A DNA stretch of 62,810 bases, counting the filler. It is 4 parts of 4 records of this genome, joined end to end, with 100 filler letters (N's around TTAATTAATTAA, not from the genome) between each part and the next. Parts side by side here need not be neighbours in the genome. Positions count along the whole stretch, not along the records: positions 37,918 to 62,810 come from DRR723986_8147; 3 more parts are not named here. The stretch is one strand, 5' to 3'. Shown here piece by piece: positions 59,806 to 62,810 of this stretch. The notes under the pieces are model-generated. The model had not been told where the DNA came from. It ran no database searches and was given only the letters and a program-made list of their open reading frames with translations. Position numbers and translations under genes: made by a program. Each line of letters opens with the position of its first letter. The stretch's first letter is position 1.

Positions 59806-62187
59806 CTACCTGATGATCAGAAATGGCCTGCTGACGCCACCGAGTTCATTGCGAAAAACAAGGATATAACGTCCCGTGCCCAGACTATTGGGCTCCAGCA
59901 AAAAACTCTGGGCGCGGCGCGGTACATCAACCAGCATTCGCTCAAAAACCTTGGCGCCCAGCACATTAAATATCTGCACGCGTGCATCGCGCAGCGCGGT
60001 TTCGGGCCCTACGTCAATTTGGAGCGGTGCATCAAAAGCCAAAGGATTTGGTGAGATGTGAACCTGTAAACCACTGGGGTCAAGCGAGTTAGAGCCGCTC
60101 ACTCCGTAGCGTCGCACTTGTATTCTGCGCAGCTGGATGCCATCGAACTGATTGGCACCGTCGGCAACCAGGCCACAACGCAGCCAGATGTTTTCGCCGA
60201 TGAACTGATCCAGTGGAACCTCCAGAGCGGTCCAGTCTATGCGTGCGCCCTGCAAATACCAGCGCCCGGATTCCTGCGCTGATCCCGCCCAGTTCGTGGC
60301 ACGATTCATCTGTAAGGTGTTTAGCGCGCGCCAGCTTAGGCCGCCATCGCGCGAAACCTCCATGAAGAATCCATCAAAATTTGCTTCAATCTGCCAGCGG
60401 GCCTCAAACTGCAAGGTTGCCCGCCCTGCGCCGGTCAAATCAATTGCAGCAGAAAACTGCGAGGTCCGCCGCCGCTGACGAGCGTATGCTCCCATGGGAC
60501 TATCGCTCAGGACTTCAGATCCGCTTGTTGGATCAAACTCCGTGCCCCAGCCCTGATCCGTAGTCCAGCCGTCGGCCGGCAGGTTAATATCTGCCGATTG
60601 CCCAACTTGCAGTGCATGTGCGGAGCTGCGGCTCACATCATTAAAATCCAATTGTACGCGCAGTTCATAAACCGAACCAGCCTGCCAATCCGCATTCAAC
60701 ATCAATGGAATGGCGACCTCCAATGCGGCACCTGGACCCAGTTCGGCTTCCAGCTCAACTAGCTCCTCAAGTGGAGCAATCCGCGAATCTTCATCCAAAA
60801 TGCGGACGAGGGCACCGGACTTAACTGCTTGCGCACCAATGTTTTGCAGACGCACAAATAAACTATCACCTGAGCCTGAATTCAGCGATTGACGCAGCGA
60901 CATGACTTTCAGGTTTGCGCCGGCACTCCACCAGGCTTCTTCAATCAGGAGCAGGTTTTCGCGACCAATCTCTGGGATTCGCCGGCGCGACGGCCAGAAA
61001 CCATCATTTGCCGAACCGACTTCAGGCGTCAACGCGCGAATCGGAGCCGGAATCCCCGAGCCAAGTCGCATCCAGTCATCTGAAACACCGCGTGCATTGT
61101 AACGAACGGTCAGCACGTCACGCCCCGCCGCATATCCATTTTCACTGCTCACCGTTGCAAAAAAAGCATCATAGGCCAGCGAGTCATCCGGGTTTGCAGA
61201 ACTGAAGGAAAAGGGCTGAATATACAGTTCACCAAAAGAGTGGAAGTTAAGAGCTACCAATATGTTACGCCGTGCACATAAGTCGCGGACCGCCCGCGTT
61301 TCGGGCTCGGAAAAGGCTTCCGGTCCGCGATATAATTCACTGCGTGTTTCGACGGAAGAGCCACCGTTTTCTGCATCCCAGGCTGAATCGGGTCCATAAT
61401 TGCGGTTCAGATCCACGCCTATCTCACCATCCTCATGCCGCCGTGCATTTTTGCGCCACAGTCCACCACCACCGGGCGTCAGGCGCAGATTAAAGGCCCA
61501 GCCATCGGGATTTAGAATCGGAATGACGATCAGGCGGCGCGTTGCCAGCAGCCTCCGTACTTCACTGTCACCCTGCGCATAACGTCCCAGGATTTCCCAC
61601 AAACCATACAGAACGGTAGTCACCGAAGCCGGTTCACGCGCGTGATGCAAGGCGGTTATAAGCAGCTCAGGCACGGTGTCCGGGTTGGAGTTGCCGGCAG
61701 TATCGTGCACATTCCAGGCCAGAATCGGACGCCCTTCAAATGTAAATCCGAGCGTATCGGGACCTGAGACCAGGTTCGCAAATCGCGCCCGCAGCCGCTC
61801 CATCTCTGCGTAAGCCTCGTCCAGGCGGTAAAATCCTCCAACGCTGCCAAGCTGCATTCCGGCCGGCAGATTCAGAATCTCATCGGGGCTGGGTTTGGCA
61901 CCAGCAATCCGCGCAGCGTACCAGCTCTGCATATTCCTTTGCAGCACTTCAAAATCCAGCTGAGAATCACGCAGCCTTTTAAGTGATTCGTCCGTCAAAT
62001 GCGCATCCATCCAGCGGCCGCGCTGTCCGTGAGCGTGATCAAATTCCAGGCCAAGTTCGTGCAGCAGCTCTTCGTCGGACGCATCTTCCAGGAACACACG
62101 CACCAAGTGCCATTCCGGCACTCTCGTTTGCGCACTCGACACATAAGTCGTTGAAATCAAAACAATTACGATCAGGCACTTCAGCAT
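59806..62187 (-). CDS. M14 zinc carboxypeptidase (carboxypeptidase T-like) with beta-sandwich domains and T9SS C-terminal sorting domain
   Basis: Signal peptide, HHARE, WRKN, GVDLNRNY, NFHSF, TPEVG; C-terminal ISPNP..IFNVLG..GRYIL..FLIIR. Confidence 0.92.
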   Translation of the reverse strand: MLKCLIVIVLISTTYVSSAQTRVPEWHLVRVFLEDASDEELLHELGLEFDHAHGQRGRWMDAHLTDESLKRLRDSQLDFEVLQRNMQSWYAARIAGAKPSPDEILNLPAGMQLGSVGGFYRLDEAYAEMERLRARFANLVSGPDTLGFTFEGRPILAWNVHDTAGNSNPDTVPELLITALHHAREPASVTTVLYGLWEILGRYAQGDSEVRRLLATRRLIVIPILNPDGWAFNLRLTPGGGGLWRKNARRHEDGEIGVDLNRNYGPDSAWDAENGGSSVETRSELYRGPEAFSEPETRAVRDLCARRNILVALNFHSFGELYIQPFSFSSANPDDSLAYDAFFATVSSENGYAAGRDVLTVRYNARGVSDDWMRLGSGIPAPIRALTPEVGSANDGFWPSRRRIPEIGRENLLLIEEAWWSAGANLKVMSLRQSLNSGSGDSLFVRLQNIGAQAVKSGALVRILDEDSRIAPLEELVELEAELGPGAALEVAIPLMLNADWQAGSVYELRVQLDFNDVSRSSAHALQVGQSADINLPADGWTTDQGWGTEFDPTSGSEVLSDSPMGAYARQRRRTSQFSAAIDLTGAGRATLQFEARWQIEANFDGFFMEVSRDGGLSWRALNTLQMNRATNWAGSAQESGRWYLQGARIDWTALEVPLDQFIGENIWLRCGLVADGANQFDGIQLRRIQVRRYGVSGSNSLDPSGLQVHISPNPLAFDAPLQIDVGPETALRDARVQIFNVLGAKVFERMLVDVPRRAQSFLLEPNSLGTGRYILVFRNELGGVSRPFLIIR

Positions 62188-62810
62188 AATTCTTGGGGCT
62201 TCTGGCTGCAAATACTGTCTGGAAACTCGGACCTTAACTTATAGAAAAAGTTCTGTACTCACGTTTTTGACCGGCACATTTGGCTCGTGTTTTTGGGCTT
62301 GCAGGATACCGCGCAGGACCTTGGCCGTTTACCTGCGGTACGGCATCAGCAACGGCCGAATTATGTTTGTCACCGCGTGCAAAACTTGCAGTCATTGAGT
62401 CTGGTCCCGCAGCGCGTCGAGGGCAGAATCGGCAGACTGCCAATCACCATCCTGGAGTATTGCGACGCTACAAACAACACAGCTCACAATCATAAAGTGC
62501 AACATCAAGCTGCGAAACTGCACGCCGCATGTGCGCTGCAGGACTATGACGCACAAATATAGAAGTTTGTCAGCGGATGCGGCTGCCGGGAGTCAATCCG
62601 TACAAATCCGAAATTCTGTGGCTTGCCGGTTCAGGTCATGGATTTTCAGCAAACGGCAAATTGCAGGTGAAAACATCTGGAGGGAGTCAGCTGTGCTGTG
62701 GGGCGCAGATGCAAGGCAAATGTGCTGAGTGGATGGTGCGGAGGATTGAGCGGTGGAGATTTGAGGTTTTAGTGTCAGGTTGTTGCGGCCGCATCTAAAA
62801 GACAACCGGG

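Noticed and set aside
1-62810. CRISPR arrays, cas, retron/RT, phage or defence genes
   Set aside because: No repeat-spacer periodicity and no such protein motifs seen in any contig

Overview
The window is not one locus. It holds four contigs joined by identical 100-nt artificial linkers (N44-TTAATTAATTAA-N44 at 20352-20451, 29997-30096, 37818-37917), so gene adjacency across the linkers means nothing. Contig 1 (1-20351, gammaproteobacterial-like): a complete dcw cell-division/cell-wall cluster mraZ to lpxC, partial secA, and the 3' half of rnpB, all on the minus strand. Contig 2 (20452-29996, Rhodobacteraceae-like): an IS3 element, a PcaR/PobR-type IclR regulator divergent from a Rieske oxygenase plus glutamine-synthetase-like ligase, decayed HlyD and IS fragments, a BisC-type molybdoenzyme, an alpha/beta hydrolase and half of tRNA-Ser(GCT). 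Contigs 3 (30097-37817) and 4 (37918-62810) look FCB-group/Bacteroidota-like. They carry a fused 2-oxoacid dehydrogenase E1, a beta-barrel protein, a P-type ATPase, a GT2, a TPR-LuxR regulator, a class V PLP enzyme, a three-gene phosphorelay, CDGSH, DUF427, a DUF4505-thioesterase fusion, dtd, SPFH, TPR, CPBP protease, a HicB-like protein, YigZ, bshA and a T9SS-type M14 carboxypeptidase. I found no CRISPR array, prophage or defence island. The best leads are the bacterial DUF4505 (C8orf82-like)/hotdog-thioesterase fusion coupled to dtd, the IclR-Rieske-gamma-glutamyl ligase module (probable aminoaromatic catabolism), and a phosphorelay rich in pseudo-receivers with no DNA-binding output. All family calls come from motif recognition by eye; no searches were run.
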